The notes under the pieces are model-generated. The model did no database searches. It was not told the origin of the DNA and saw nothing but the letters and a program-made list of their open reading frames with translations. A DNA stretch of 64,000 bases, taken from positions 896,001 to 960,000 of the forward strand of contig CAWFGO010000001.1 of assembly GCA_963815455.1 (NCBI GenBank), given 5' to 3'. How positions within the stretch are numbered: the stretch's first letter is position 1; each line of letters starts with the position of its first letter. This stretch comes from an uncultured Verrucomicrobiae bacterium. GTDB lineage: Bacteria > Verrucomicrobiota > Verrucomicrobiia > Chthoniobacterales > UBA10450. Of the stretch, positions 1 to 10,464 are shown piece after piece. The position numbers were made by a program, and so were the translations under genes.

Positions 1-2
1 GG

Positions 3-1469
3 AAACAACTGAAAGATCGACAATCACTCACCCGCGAAGATCTGCGCGATGAAGCCGCCATCGCAATCATGTCCGGCGAAACGAGCGCGGCCGAGAATGC
101 GCTGCAGAAGTTAACGGCGACCAAGCCGGAGGCGGCGGATTGGCTGCTGGCCGCCCAATTGTCGATCCATAAAGGCGTGCCTGAGGATGCGATTTCCTCA
201 CTTCGAAAAATCTTTGATGATCCGCGGGCGACCGAGCGCGAACAATTTCAAGCTGCGCTGTTCGAATTGGGCTCTTCCACAGACAAGGTCCACGCAGATG
301 CCGCCTGGTCGCGCCTGGAAAAACTTTCGCGCGGCCAAAGCGCGACCGCGCTCGATGCGCTGGTTGTGTTGGCGCGTCGAGCGCTAACAAATCAGTGGAC
401 AGAGCCCGGGGATCACAGGTCAGAGATCGAAAAGTTGAGCCGGGCACTGGAAACGCATCCACTGGCAAAGGCTTCGCAAAAACTCGCTGCGCTCGATTTG
501 TTGGAAAAGATCGATCCAACGCGGCGCGAAGCGTTGATCGCACGCGGAATCGCCGATTGGAAGGGCGGCGATCCGGCGTCACTCGCAGCCCTTGCCACCT
601 GGCTCAATGGCAAAGGCGAATACCAACGCGAACTCGATACAATTCCGCTGGAGAAAGCGCTACAGGACCGCGATCTGTTCCTGCAGCGTCTCGATGCGCT
701 CGGGGCGCTCAATCGCTGGGAGGAAGTCAAACAACTTGTGGACGCGGACCGTTTCCCTCTCGAGCCCCTCGTTCAAAAAATGTATCTCGCCCGCTGCAAC
801 GCTAAGCTGGGCGAAAAAACGGCAGCCGAAAATAATTGGCAGCGCGCACTGGAAGCCGCCGGAGGCGATCCGGCAAAATTAATGACGGTGGCCGAGTACG
901 CGGAAAAAAACGGCCTGCGCGAAGTCGCGGGCTCGGCCTACGACGCGGCTGCTACCGAGGCACCGAGATTGCGAACCGCCCAACAAGGCCGTTTGCGGAT
1001 CGCGCAGGCCAGCAGCGACGCCCAAAAGATCCGCGCTGTTCTTGCCGACATGCGGCGTCTCTGGCCTAACGATCCGGCGGTGCAAAACGACGAAGCGTAT
1101 ATGAAATTATTGCTCCTCGGCAGCAGTAGCCGGAATGACGAAGAACGGAGGGCGCGAGACAAAGCGCTGAAAGAGATTGAGCAGGTCGCTGAAAAATTGG
1201 TGCAGCGCGACGCCGCCAGCATGCCGCATCGGACCCTTCTCGCGCTGGCGCGGCTTCGCCAAAATCGTGCGACGGATGCCCTGACTGTTTATGCGCACAT
1301 TCAGGTCACGCCTCGCGCCCTCACGCCTTCCGCACTGGCCGTGCACGCCGCCGTGTTGTCTGCCAATGGCCACTCAAAGGAAGCCAAAGAGGAAGCCGCC
1401 CAGATCAAGATCGACAATCTTCTGCCGGAAGAGCGCGCATTAGTCCAAGAGGTAATCAGTAACCAGTGA
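3..1469 (+). CDS. TPR-like alpha-helical repeat protein, 5' truncated by window edge
   Basis: Frame is open from position 3; Ala/Leu-rich helical repeats. Confidence 0.65.
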   Translation, partial: KQLKDRQSLTREDLRDEAAIAIMSGETSAAENALQKLTATKPEAADWLLAAQLSIHKGVPEDAISSLRKIFDDPRATEREQFQAALFELGSSTDKVHADAAWSRLEKLSRGQSATALDALVVLARRALTNQWTEPGDHRSEIEKLSRALETHPLAKASQKLAALDLLEKIDPTRREALIARGIADWKGGDPASLAALATWLNGKGEYQRELDTIPLEKALQDRDLFLQRLDALGALNRWEEVKQLVDADRFPLEPLVQKMYLARCNAKLGEKTAAENNWQRALEAAGGDPAKLMTVAEYAEKNGLREVAGSAYDAAATEAPRLRTAQQGRLRIAQASSDAQKIRAVLADMRRLWPNDPAVQNDEAYMKLLLLGSSSRNDEERRARDKALKEIEQVAEKLVQRDAASMPHRTLLALARLRQNRATDALTVYAHIQVTPRALTPSALAVHAAVLSANGHSKEAKEEAAQIKIDNLLPEERALVQEVISNQ

Positions 1470-1516
1470 AAAATGCCGCTGCTTGCGCATATGGCTTGAA
1501 CGTCTAGTTTTGGTCG

Positions 1517-2557
1517 ATGCGCTTTCGCACCTACAAAAACACCGATCTCAAAGTGAGCGAAGTCGGGTTCGGTCTCTGGACGATTTCGACCGGCTGGTGG
1601 GGAAAGTTTACCGAGGGCGAAGCGATTGCCCTAATGCACAAGGCGTTCGATCTGGGGGTAACGTTGTTCGACGCAGCCGATACTTACGGAAATGGTTTGA
1701 GCGAAGAATTGATCGCGAAAGCGTTTCCGAATCAGCGGGATGAAATCACGATCGCGACCAAGGTTGGTTACGATTTCGTTCATCATGGCGAAGCGCGCGG
1801 GCGCGGTCAGCGGGAAATTCCGCAGGATTTTTCGCCGGAGGCGATTGAACGCGCCACGGATGCGGCGTTGAAACGATTGAAGACCGACCGGATCGACCTG
1901 CTGCAACTGCACAATATTCGCATGGAGCAGATCGATGACGACGCGCTTTGGAAAACGCTCGATCGATTAAAATCCACCGGGAAAATTCGTTACTACGGCA
2001 TCGCGCTGGGGCCGGCGATCGGCTGGCTGTATGAGGGAGCGAATTGCGTCCGCGAACGCGACGTGACCAGCGTGCAGCACATCTACAATATGCTCGAGCA
2101 GCATCCCGGTCGCGCCATTCACGACGCCGCGACCGATGCCGCCAAGGACACGATGTTTCTCATCCGGGTCACGCATTCCTCGGGAATGCTCGAAGGTAAT
2201 TACACCGTCGACACCGTCTTTCCGCCAACCGATCATCGTAGCCATCGCCCGCGAAGTTGGCTACTCAACGGGATCAAGAAGATCGACAAGTTACGGTTTC
2301 TCGAAAATTCCGAACGAACGCTCGGCCAGGCGGCGTTGCAATGGCTGCTGGCCGACGATCGGATCGCTTCGACGTTGCCGAATATTTACAACGAAGAACA
2401 AGTCGTTGAATTCGCCAGGGCGCCGGAATGTCCGTCGCTTACCAGCGACGACATGGCGAAGATCGACAACCTTTATTCCGAGAATTTCGGGGTCGAAGAA
2501 GAACCGTCCAAGTTCAAAGGCACGATGGAGTTGCCGAAAGAAACTGCGGCTGCTTGA
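1517..2557 (+). CDS. Aldo/keto reductase
   Basis: VSEVGFG, FDAADTYG.G.SE, IATK and LKRLKTDRIDLLQLH motifs. Confidence 0.93.
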   Translation: MRFRTYKNTDLKVSEVGFGLWTISTGWWGKFTEGEAIALMHKAFDLGVTLFDAADTYGNGLSEELIAKAFPNQRDEITIATKVGYDFVHHGEARGRGQREIPQDFSPEAIERATDAALKRLKTDRIDLLQLHNIRMEQIDDDALWKTLDRLKSTGKIRYYGIALGPAIGWLYEGANCVRERDVTSVQHIYNMLEQHPGRAIHDAATDAAKDTMFLIRVTHSSGMLEGNYTVDTVFPPTDHRSHRPRSWLLNGIKKIDKLRFLENSERTLGQAALQWLLADDRIASTLPNIYNEEQVVEFARAPECPSLTSDDMAKIDNLYSENFGVEEEPSKFKGTMELPKETAAA

Positions 2558-2564
2558 TATCATC

Positions 2565-2659
2565 GTCATCCCGAGCGGAGTCGAGGGATCCCGTTGCAAA
2601 ACGTGCAGATAACACAACGGGATCCCTCGACCCCGAAAGCTTTCGGGGCTCGGGATGAC
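2565..2659. repeat. Family A palindromic element (GTCATCCCGAGC...GCTCGGGATGAC) with extra CCCCGAAAGCTTTCGGGG hairpin
   Basis: Terminal inverted repeats; lies between convergent genes; many related copies in window. Confidence 0.9.
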
Positions 2660-2678
2660 AGCGTGCGTTGAGTATCGA

Positions 2679-4691
2679 TCAATCCGATTGATCTTCTTCC
2701 GCCGGTTGAGACCGATGATTTTGTTCCATCGGCCGCACATTCAACGGCTGCTGGCGCCGGCCGTTCGCCTGCTCGCCTTTGTAAACGGCCTTGAAAATAT
2801 CCGCGATCATCGGCGCGGCCACGGTCCCGCCGTGCACGTTACTGCCAACGTCGCCTTCGTAAACCGCGGCGAAAGCGAATTGCGGCTGTTCGGCCGGCAT
2901 GAACCCGGCGAACCACGCGGCGGTGCGCTCCTTGTCCTTCGGTCCCCATTGCGCGGTGCCGGTTTTTCCCGCTACTTCAACATTATCGAGGCTGGCCTCG
3001 TGCCCGGTACCGCCGGGACCGTTGACGACCTCGATCAATCCGGTCCGTAATTCGTCCATCGTAATGGGCGAGGCATCGAGGGTTTTCTTGGCGCGGACTT
3101 GATAGGCGGTCACGATTTCATTGTCCAGCGTCTGGACCTGCTGGACGAGACGCGCCTGATAAAACGTGCCGCCGTTGGCGACGATTCCCACCGCTTGCGC
3201 CATTTGCAGCGGCGTGACCTGCACGTCGCCCTGGCCGATCGACAAGTTCGCGACGTCGCCGTTGAGCAATTTCCGGCCGTGGGTCGCTTTCATGTATTCG
3301 TCGTTCGGCACGCGCCCCTCCGCTTCGCCGCGCAACGGGATGCCGCACTTCGCCCCAAAACCGAGCTTCAACGCCCAATCGACGATCGGTTCCGCGCCAG
3401 TCTTGATTCCGGCCTGATAAAACCACGTGTCGCACGATTCGGTCAGCGCCCGGACGAAATTCATCGCGCCGCGGTCTTCCTTTTTCCAATTCCGAAAAGT
3501 CAGGTTGCCGATCTCGATCGAGGGCACGCATTGAAATTGATCCTCCGGTCGGACCGCGCCGCTCTCAAAAGCGGCAATGCCGACGGCAATTTTAAAGACC
3601 GAGCCTGGTGGATAAGACGATCGAAACGCCCGCGGCAAAAGCGGAATGTTCGGGTCGTCCTGAAGCGCCTTGAATTTTTCCGCCGAGATCGACGGCACGA
3701 ACACATTCGGATCGTAAGTCGGCCACGAAGCCAGGGCGAGAATGTCGCCGGTGTTAGGATCGACAATCGCGATTGCGCCGCGCTTTGCTCTCGCTTCGAG
3801 CGCTTTCTCCGCCAGTTCCTGGAGGCGGAGATCGAGAGTGGTCACAACGTTGTAGCCGGGCACCGGCGGCGTGATCAATTTCTCGGAAGTTTTGCGGCCG
3901 TCCTTGTTGAACGTGAGTTTGTATTCCCCATGCTTGCCGGTGAGCATGTCGTTGAACGTTTGCTCGAGACCCTCGCGCCCCTCTGTCTCCGGCCAAATCG
4001 TTTCATGATTGTCCACAATGCCGTCGGGATTGCGCCCGGTTTTCCCGGTGTAACCAATCACCTGGCCGGCAACTTTCCCGTTCGGATAAACGCGCACATA
4101 AATCGGCCGGACGACAATCTCCTCCGGCAGGTCGTCCTTCACTTTCTTGTATTCCGGCTCGCTCAGATTCTGCGCGATCTCGAACGGCATGATGCCGCGA
4201 TTCCGGTAGTGCCGCAGGATCGCATCGTCGGATATTTTTATTTCCCGCCCGATCAACTTCGCGGCCGCGGCAATTTTCTCGCGAGCAAACCCGATCGCCT
4301 GAGCATCGGAAAAATCGAGCGGGGTCGGAAAATTAATGGCCAGATTGTAGCTGAGTTTGTTTTGGGCAAGTGGCACGCCATGCCGATCAGTGATCTGCCC
4401 GCGCGGCGCCGGAACATCGAGGATGTAAGTGCGAGCCAGTTTCTGCGTCTCGAAAGTTGGAATGATCGTCTCTTCTTCTTCGCTCTCCGGCGGACTCGGG
4501 GACCCGCTCGGCGCCACGCTTGGCGTCGGGCTCGGCTGCAGGTCCGGAGTTGCACTCAGGGCCGGGCTGGGCTTTGCCCCCGGTGTCGCGCTTGGAGTTG
4601 GCGACTGCGCACTAGACACTGCCGGCACAGCGAAGATCGACAACGCGATGCAGAGACAAAGTTGAGTTACCCAAATTTTCCCGAGAAACAT
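2679..4691 (-). CDS. mrdA: Penicillin-binding protein 2 (class B transpeptidase)
   Basis: APRGQITDR, PPGSVFK (SxxK), SCD and KTGTAQ motifs; start set at MFLGK, downstream of the repeat. Confidence 0.85.
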   Translation of the reverse strand: MFLGKIWVTQLCLCIALSIFAVPAVSSAQSPTPSATPGAKPSPALSATPDLQPSPTPSVAPSGSPSPPESEEEETIIPTFETQKLARTYILDVPAPRGQITDRHGVPLAQNKLSYNLAINFPTPLDFSDAQAIGFAREKIAAAAKLIGREIKISDDAILRHYRNRGIMPFEIAQNLSEPEYKKVKDDLPEEIVVRPIYVRVYPNGKVAGQVIGYTGKTGRNPDGIVDNHETIWPETEGREGLEQTFNDMLTGKHGEYKLTFNKDGRKTSEKLITPPVPGYNVVTTLDLRLQELAEKALEARAKRGAIAIVDPNTGDILALASWPTYDPNVFVPSISAEKFKALQDDPNIPLLPRAFRSSYPPGSVFKIAVGIAAFESGAVRPEDQFQCVPSIEIGNLTFRNWKKEDRGAMNFVRALTESCDTWFYQAGIKTGAEPIVDWALKLGFGAKCGIPLRGEAEGRVPNDEYMKATHGRKLLNGDVANLSIGQGDVQVTPLQMAQAVGIVANGGTFYQARLVQQVQTLDNEIVTAYQVRAKKTLDASPITMDELRTGLIEVVNGPGGTGHEASLDNVEVAGKTGTAQWGPKDKERTAAWFAGFMPAEQPQFAFAAVYEGDVGSNVHGGTVAAPMIADIFKAVYKGEQANGRRQQPLNVRPMEQNHRSQPAEEDQSD

Positions 4692-4700
4692 TTTACGGTC

Positions 4701-4793
4701 GTCATCCCGAGCGAAATCGAGGGATCCCGCGGAATTGCGTTCCATCTTGCGCAACGGGATTCCTCGACTCCGCTGCGCTTCGCTCGGAATGAC
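4701..4793. repeat. Family A palindromic element
   Basis: GTCATCCCGAGCG...CGCTCGGAATGAC. Confidence 0.9.
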
Positions 4794-4822
4794 CGCGACT
4801 CTCGGCAACATCTGCGGATAAA

Positions 4823-6460
4823 TCAATGCCTTTGCAAAAATCGATGAAGTTCGTCGGCCAGTTTGCGCCCGATCCCTTCCGTCGCAGCGATCTCTTCCAC
4901 GCTCGCTTTGCGCAGTCGATTTACCGAACCGAATCTGCGCAAAAGCACGTTCTTCCGGTTCTGGCTCACCCCGGGACAATCATCGAGAATGCTTTCACCG
5001 ATCCGCTTTTTCATGAGCAGTTGGTGATAGGCGTTGGCGAAACGGTGCGCTTCATCGCGAATCCGCTGGAGCAATCGCAAAGCGCCTGAATCGAGAGGCA
5101 GTTGCAACGGCATGGCCCGGCCCGGCCGGTAAATCTCTTCGTGTTCCTTGGCCAAACCTATGATCGGCAAGTCGTGCAGGCCAAGCCGCTGCAACTCCCG
5201 ACACGCCATCGAAAGCTGTCCCTTTCCTCCATCGACAATGATGAGATCCGGCAAACGAACGGCAACAAAACTTTCGTCATTCCGAGCCCCGAATGCTTTC
5301 GGGGTCGAGGGATCCCGCGGCGCTGCCTCTTCGTTATGCAACGGGATCCCTCCACTTCGGTCGGGATGACCAGAACGAGCAATCGCTTCGGCCGGATTTT
5401 CCTGCGAAAATTCCGCAATATCGGGATTCGCCTCGCGCGCTTCGAGCAAGATCCGCGAGTACCGACGACGCACGACTTCCGCCATGCTGGCAAAATCATC
5501 CTGCCCCTCAACGGTTCGCACTCGATACCGCCGGTAATTATCCTTGTCCGGCACGCCGTCGCGGAAACAAACCATCGAAGCAACGATATGCGTTGTGGAA
5601 ATGTTCGAGATGTCGAAACACTCCATCACGCGCGGCGGGCGCGAAAGTTGCAGGGCATCGGCCAGCGCCTGCACATCCGCCATCGGATCGATCGTGCTCG
5701 GCAGACTGCCACGGGTGAACCGGCGCATCGGCTTCGTCGTGTCGCGGACGCTTTCGATCATGTCCCGCAACTCCGCCGCTTTTTCAAAATCGGTTTTGTC
5801 GGCGGCCTTCCGCATCTCCTCTTCCAGGTTCGCGATCATCTCTCGCGATCGTCCTTCGAGAAATTCGCAGGCCTGGGCGACGCGTTCCCGATATTGCTCG
5901 GCACTGATCTCGCTCAGACGCATCGGCACTTGATAAGTCGATGATTTCAATTCACGCGCAGTGGGCGAGCCGCGGCCAAAGGTCAGCACACCGAATTTCT
6001 TGCGCATGAAATTGAGCGTCTGCCGCAACGCGCCCGAATGCGCATACGGGCCGAAGTAGCGCGCACTATCGTCCTTCTTGAATCGGGCCAGGCGAAACCG
6101 CGGCCAATCCTCCGAGATGTCGATCTTAACCAGGAGAAATCGTTTATCGTCGCGGAAGGAAATATTGTAACGCGGCCGGTATTCCTTGATCAATTTGCCT
6201 TCGAGCAAAACCGATTCCGCATCGCTCCGCACGGTGTGGGTCTCAAAATCCCAGACCGCCTCCAACATGGCGCGCGTCTTCAGATCGGCTTGCGCGATTT
6301 TCGACGGCAGAAAGTATGAGCTGACCCGTTTGCGCAGGTCGCGCGCCTTGCCCACGTAAATGACGCGATTAAACCGGTCGCGCATCAAGTACACGCCGGG
6401 CTTATGCGGCACATCCTGCACCTTCTTCTGCAAATCCGGCTTCTCTTTGGTCAATCGCAT
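4823..6460 (-). CDS. uvrC: Excinuclease ABC subunit C, carrying an in-frame palindromic insertion
   Basis: GIY-YIG (PGVYLM..IYVGKA), UVR domain, ECFDIS, DGGKGQ, RDEAHRFA, C-terminal HhH. Confidence 0.95.
   Translation of the reverse strand: MRLTKEKPDLQKKVQDVPHKPGVYLMRDRFNRVIYVGKARDLRKRVSSYFLPSKIAQADLKTRAMLEAVWDFETHTVRSDAESVLLEGKLIKEYRPRYNISFRDDKRFLLVKIDISEDWPRFRLARFKKDDSARYFGPYAHSGALRQTLNFMRKKFGVLTFGRGSPTARELKSSTYQVPMRLSEISAEQYRERVAQACEFLEGRSREMIANLEEEMRKAADKTDFEKAAELRDMIESVRDTTKPMRRFTRGSLPSTIDPMADVQALADALQLSRPPRVMECFDISNISTTHIVASMVCFRDGVPDKDNYRRYRVRTVEGQDDFASMAEVVRRRYSRILLEAREANPDIAEFSQENPAEAIARSGHPDRSGGIPLHNEEAAPRDPSTPKAFGARNDESFVAVRLPDLIIVDGGKGQLSMACRELQRLGLHDLPIIGLAKEHEEIYRPGRAMPLQLPLDSGALRLLQRIRDEAHRFANAYHQLLMKKRIGESILDDCPGVSQNRKNVLLRRFGSVNRLRKASVEEIAATEGIGRKLADELHRFLQRH
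5276..5370. repeat. Family A palindromic element inside uvrC
   Basis: GTCATTCCGAGC...GGTCGGGATGAC; the ORF stays open across it. Confidence 0.9.
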
Positions 6461-6495
6461 CGGAAGCCGTCAAATTACGCGAGAATTGCGCGCCC

Positions 6496-6576
6496 GTCAT
6501 TCTGAGCGAAGTCGAAGAATCTCGTGGTGTACTTCGAGATTTCGCAACGGGATCCCTCGACTGCGCTCGGGATGAC
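6496..6576. repeat. Family A palindromic element
   Basis: GTCATTCTGAGCG...CGCTCGGGATGAC. Confidence 0.88.
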
Positions 6577-6585
6577 TAGGAATGT

Positions 6586-7668
6586 CTACGTCACCCGCTG
6601 TTTGGGCATGGCCGAATGCACCATCATCAATTCGCTCACGTTCTCCGGCGTGAGCAGACCGACGAGGCGCTTCATGCTATCGAGCACGGGCAGGGCCGGG
6701 CAATTGCACTCCTGCATGATGCGGAATGCTTCTTCGAATCGCGTCCCGGTGGTCACGGTTGGAATATCGCGCCGCATGACGTCGCCCACGCGAAGCCCGG
6801 GATCGTTTTTGCGCAGCGCGGCGATCAGATCGTGCCGGGTAAGTACACCGGCGACATTCCCGCTTTCGTCCACCACCGGAAAATCATGCTGGGAAGTGGC
6901 CAGCAACGCATCCACCGCTTCCTGAAGTGTTGCGGTTGCCACCAATGTGCGAAACTCGCGCACCATCGCGGTCGAAACGGGAAATCGGCGAGAGACATCA
7001 CGCATTTGAGCGAGAGCCGCTTCCTGCGATGCGCCGATGTAAACAAAGAGAGCAATGAATATTAAGAACGGATTCCAGAGGAGCCCGGCAAATCCAAAGG
7101 CAAAGGCAAACCCCTGGCCAACGAGCGCAGCGATCTGAGTCGCGCGGGCGTAACTGAGCCGGGTGGCCAGCAGTGCACGCAACACGCGGCCGCCGTCCAT
7201 CGGAAATGCAGGCAATAAATTAAATAGGACCAGCACGATGTTGATCGTCATTAGCTGCGGAATGAGAGCTCCTCCTTCAACCGTTGAGGAATCAAGCGAG
7301 GCCCGGCCGCCACCCGCGACAAATAAACCGAGCGCGATAACGACGTTCACCATTGGACCGGCAACGGCGATGATCAGCTCCTGCTTCGGGTCCTCCGGCA
7401 TTCGCTCCAATCGTGCAACGCCGCCGATCGGAAGCAACGTGATATCGGGCGTATTAATGCCGAAAGCTTTCGCCGCGAACGCGTGCCCGAATTCGTGCAA
7501 CACGACGCAAAGGAAGAGGAGCAAAATGAATATGACCCGGCTCGCGGCCACAGCGGAACCGCCTTGAGAGTAATAACCGAAAGCCAGCCACCCGATTAGC
7601 AGCAAGAACGTGACGTGAATCCGCAATTGGATGCCGGCGACGCGAAAAATTGGAAGAGACCAGCCCAT
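6586..7668 (-). CDS. Site-2 protease (M50) with CBS domains
   Basis: HEFGH and NLLPAFPMDGGR motifs; C-terminal CBS pair; start at MGWSL. Confidence 0.92.
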   Translation of the reverse strand: MGWSLPIFRVAGIQLRIHVTFLLLIGWLAFGYYSQGGSAVAASRVIFILLLFLCVVLHEFGHAFAAKAFGINTPDITLLPIGGVARLERMPEDPKQELIIAVAGPMVNVVIALGLFVAGGGRASLDSSTVEGGALIPQLMTINIVLVLFNLLPAFPMDGGRVLRALLATRLSYARATQIAALVGQGFAFAFGFAGLLWNPFLIFIALFVYIGASQEAALAQMRDVSRRFPVSTAMVREFRTLVATATLQEAVDALLATSQHDFPVVDESGNVAGVLTRHDLIAALRKNDPGLRVGDVMRRDIPTVTTGTRFEEAFRIMQECNCPALPVLDSMKRLVGLLTPENVSELMMVHSAMPKQRVT

Positions 7669-7752
7669 TGAACTTAATCTCCGCTCATAATAGTTCGCAC
7701 GCCAGTATTGAATGGAATGGATGGAGTGTTGGAGTAGTGGATTAATGACTTT

Positions 7753-8835
7753 GTGACGGAACCATTTGATGTTGCGATCGTGGGCGGCGGCCCAGCCGGA
7801 TCGACCTGCGCCGCATCTTGCGCCCGGGCCGGATTGCGAACGCTTCTGCTGGAACGCGAAAAGTTTCCGCGCGAGAAAGTTTGCGGCGACTGCTTGAATC
7901 CGTCGTGCTGGCCGGTGTTGAACCGGCTCGATCTCGCCCAACGGATTCGGGCCCTGGCGCATGCGAAACTCGATCGGGTCGAGTTCATTGCCATCAGTGG
8001 CCAAAGGATGGTCGTTGATCTTTTGCCCGGTGATGAGGGCGAGTTCGCAGTCAAACGCAGTCTTCTCGATGCTCTTTTGCTTCAACGCGCTCGCGAACTC
8101 GGCGCACACGTTGCCGAGGAAACCACGGTTACAGCGTTGATCAAAGATCGGGAGTGGAAAATCGAAACAGCGAATAGCGGAAGTTTTTTTGCGCGAACGC
8201 TAGTGGGCGCTGACGGCCGCAACTCAACCGTAGCCCGCCTTTGCAACCTATTGCCGCGGCCAGAACGCGAACGCATTGGCTTGCAATCTCATCTGCCGTT
8301 GCCGGCCGATTTCGGCAACCGCGTAGTGCTGCAATTTCTTCAATATGGTTACTCCGGCCAGGCTCCGGTTACCGACACTGAGTTAAATGTTTGTCTGGTC
8401 GCGAAACCACGCGAGATAGATGCGCTCAAAACATGGGCGACAAAACGGTTTGGTGTGTCGCGCGATCACGCCTGGCGAACGATTACCCCGCTCACTCGCG
8501 ACCCAATTCCGCCTGGTCACGAGAACTTGTTTTTTATCGGCGACGCCGCCCGCGTAGTCGAGCCCTTTACCGGCGAAGGAATTTATTATGCCATGCGTTC
8601 GGGTGAACTGGCCGCGGACGCAATCGTGAAAATCACCCGGGGCGAAGGTCGACAATCGATCTTACGCAACTTCGTTGGCGCCTGTACAGAAATGTATCGC
8701 GGGCGATTGTGGATCAACCGGCTGGCCCGGGCCGCAGTCGTTTCGCCGCGTCTCGGATCTCTCTTTGTTCATTCGGCACGAATCTATCCCTCGATCTTGC
8801 GGTTGCTGACCGCGAAGATCGTAGGTGGGAACTGA
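7753..8835 (+). CDS. NAD(P)/FAD-dependent oxidoreductase, geranylgeranyl reductase family
   Basis: GGGPAG, FPREKVCG, GADG and GDAA..EPFTGEGI motifs. Confidence 0.85.
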   Translation: MTEPFDVAIVGGGPAGSTCAASCARAGLRTLLLEREKFPREKVCGDCLNPSCWPVLNRLDLAQRIRALAHAKLDRVEFIAISGQRMVVDLLPGDEGEFAVKRSLLDALLLQRARELGAHVAEETTVTALIKDREWKIETANSGSFFARTLVGADGRNSTVARLCNLLPRPERERIGLQSHLPLPADFGNRVVLQFLQYGYSGQAPVTDTELNVCLVAKPREIDALKTWATKRFGVSRDHAWRTITPLTRDPIPPGHENLFFIGDAARVVEPFTGEGIYYAMRSGELAADAIVKITRGEGRQSILRNFVGACTEMYRGRLWINRLARAAVVSPRLGSLFVHSARIYPSILRLLTAKIVGGN

Positions 8836-8857
8836 ACGGCCTACCTGCCGCCGGAAA

Positions 8858-8882
8858 CACGGCGACAGAGCGCCGTGGCTAC
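8858..8882 (-). repeat. GTAG-type REP hairpin overlapping the folD stop codon
   Basis: Reverse complement reads GTAG-CCACGGCG-CTCTGT-CGCCGTG. Confidence 0.7.
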
Positions 8883-9751
8883 AACGATTGCTGGGCCGCC
8901 TTCACCGTGTTCGACATCAACATCGCGATCGTCATCGGCCCGACACCGCCCGGCACCGGAGTGATCGCAGCCGCTTTCTTAGCGACTTCGTCGAACGCTA
9001 CATCTCCGACGAGTCGATAGCCGCGCTGGCTTGTCGGATCTTCGACTCGATTAATTCCTACATCGATCACCACCACGCCATCGCGCACGTGATCGGCTTT
9101 CAGAAAGTTGGCGCTTCCGATCGCCGCCACCACGATGTCGGCCGAGCGTGTAATCTCCGGGAGATTGCGGCTGCGGGAATGAACGACCGTCACTGTGGCG
9201 TCGATTCCTTTTCGCATGAGAAGCAGCGCCAGCGGTTTACCGACGATCATGCTCCGGCCCAAAATGACAACGTGCGCGCCGGCGATGTCGATCTTGCTCT
9301 CGACGAGCAATCGCTGGCAGCCCAGTGGCGTGCAGGGAACGAGGCCGGTTGGATCGCCGAGGGCGAGCTTCGCCACGTTCTCAGGATGAAATCCATCCAC
9401 GTCCTTGCGCGGATCAAGCGTGCGCACGACGGCCGCTTCATCGATCTGCTTCGGCGGCGGCGATTGAATAAGAATGCCGTGGATTGCCGGATCGCGATTT
9501 AATTCCTGCACGCGCGCGAGCAATTCAGCCTGCGTCGTCGAGGCCTGCAGCTCGAGCTTGACCGAATGCAGGCCGAGCTCCTGGCACATCTTATCCTTGG
9601 AACGCACATAGGCGCGCGACGCCGGGTTGTCGCCAACCAGAACGACCGCTAGTCCCGGCGTGAGACCCTTCGACCCCAATTCCGCGATTTCACGGCGAAG
9701 ATCGACATAGACTTTCTCCGCAATCGCGCGGCCATCGATTAGATTGGCCAT
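8879..9751 (-). CDS. folD: Bifunctional methylenetetrahydrofolate dehydrogenase/cyclohydrolase
   Basis: [21 protein letters not shown] and [11 protein letters not shown] motifs; start at MANLIDG. Confidence 0.96.
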   Translation of the reverse strand: MANLIDGRAIAEKVYVDLRREIAELGSKGLTPGLAVVLVGDNPASRAYVRSKDKMCQELGLHSVKLELQASTTQAELLARVQELNRDPAIHGILIQSPPPKQIDEAAVVRTLDPRKDVDGFHPENVAKLALGDPTGLVPCTPLGCQRLLVESKIDIAGAHVVILGRSMIVGKPLALLLMRKGIDATVTVVHSRSRNLPEITRSADIVVAAIGSANFLKADHVRDGVVVIDVGINRVEDPTSQRGYRLVGDVAFDEVAKKAAAITPVPGGVGPMTIAMLMSNTVKAAQQSL

Positions 9752-9792
9752 GGCGCAATATCCTTTCTGTTTCGCATCTGAAAGTAGTTTGT

Positions 9793-9819
9793 GAGATCCT
9801 TCGCTTCGCTCAGGATGAC
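9793..9819. repeat. Family A half element
   Basis: GAGATCCTTCGCTTCGCTCAGGATGAC, nearly identical to the right arm of the 54.3 kb copy. Confidence 0.75.
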
Positions 9820-9827
9820 AGGGAATG

Positions 9828-10457
9828 CTACCGCATTTCAACCAGCGCCATCATTACTTCTTGCAAGCGCAAGCGCTCGGCCTCGAATTCCTCCGACGTG
9901 GTTGTCGATCTTACCCGGTGCGGCTGGCCGAAAATCGCTCGTACGGTGGAGAAAGGCCGCGGAATCATGAACCCGTCCCAACTGCGCAATCGCCAGCAAC
10001 TCGAATATTCGACGCTGATCGGCACAACCGGCGCGCCCGTATTTTGAGCGAGCGAGATCGCGCCGCTGCCAAGCACGTAGCGCGGCCCGCGCGGACCGTC
10101 CGGCGTGAGAACCACGTCGCCACCGTTTTCGACCAGGCGGGTAAGCTCGAGCAACGCTTCCGCGCCGCGCCGCGAGGTCGATCCGCGTACATTGCCGACT
10201 CCGAATCGCTCCATCACGCCTGCGATGATCGCTCCGTCCTTGCTAGAACTCGCCAGTACGGCGCCGTGTCGATGTTTGTAAAACCGCGCATAAACGATCG
10301 GCATCACGCACATGCGGTTATGCCAGAAAATCCAGATGGTCGGTTCACGCAGGGTGCCCGAGTTCAGACCGCTGCGATCATCAACACGAATGCGGAGCGT
10401 ACTTCCGAGCAACCGGAGAACCCAGGCGACCAGCCATGGAATAATTGTTTCCTTCAC
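9828..10457 (-). CDS. Lysophospholipid acyltransferase family protein (DUF374-like)
   Basis: [23 protein letters not shown] and SWD motifs; GTG start uncertain. Confidence 0.85.
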   Translation of the reverse strand: MKETIIPWLVAWVLRLLGSTLRIRVDDRSGLNSGTLREPTIWIFWHNRMCVMPIVYARFYKHRHGAVLASSSKDGAIIAGVMERFGVGNVRGSTSRRGAEALLELTRLVENGGDVVLTPDGPRGPRYVLGSGAISLAQNTGAPVVPISVEYSSCWRLRSWDGFMIPRPFSTVRAIFGQPHRVRSTTTSEEFEAERLRLQEVMMALVEMR

Positions 10458-10464
10458 TGCGACG

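Noticed and set aside
390..430. Possible degenerate CAGAG-type repeat insertion in the first ORF (NQWTEPGDHRSE)
   Set aside because: Too degenerate, with no second copy in the window.
3099..4847. Long antisense ORFs (e.g. 3099-4847, 14674-16125, 44961-45839)
   Set aside because: They are shadow ORFs opposite well-supported genes in GC-rich DNA and show no recognisable motifs.
4692..4979. N-terminal extension of the PBP2 ORF
   Set aside because: It is read-through of a repeat and overlaps uvrC; the TM anchor begins after the ATG at 4691.
5276..5370. Intein or intron explanation for the UvrC insert
   Set aside because: It is too short, has no intein terminal residues or intron structure, and matches the intergenic repeat family.
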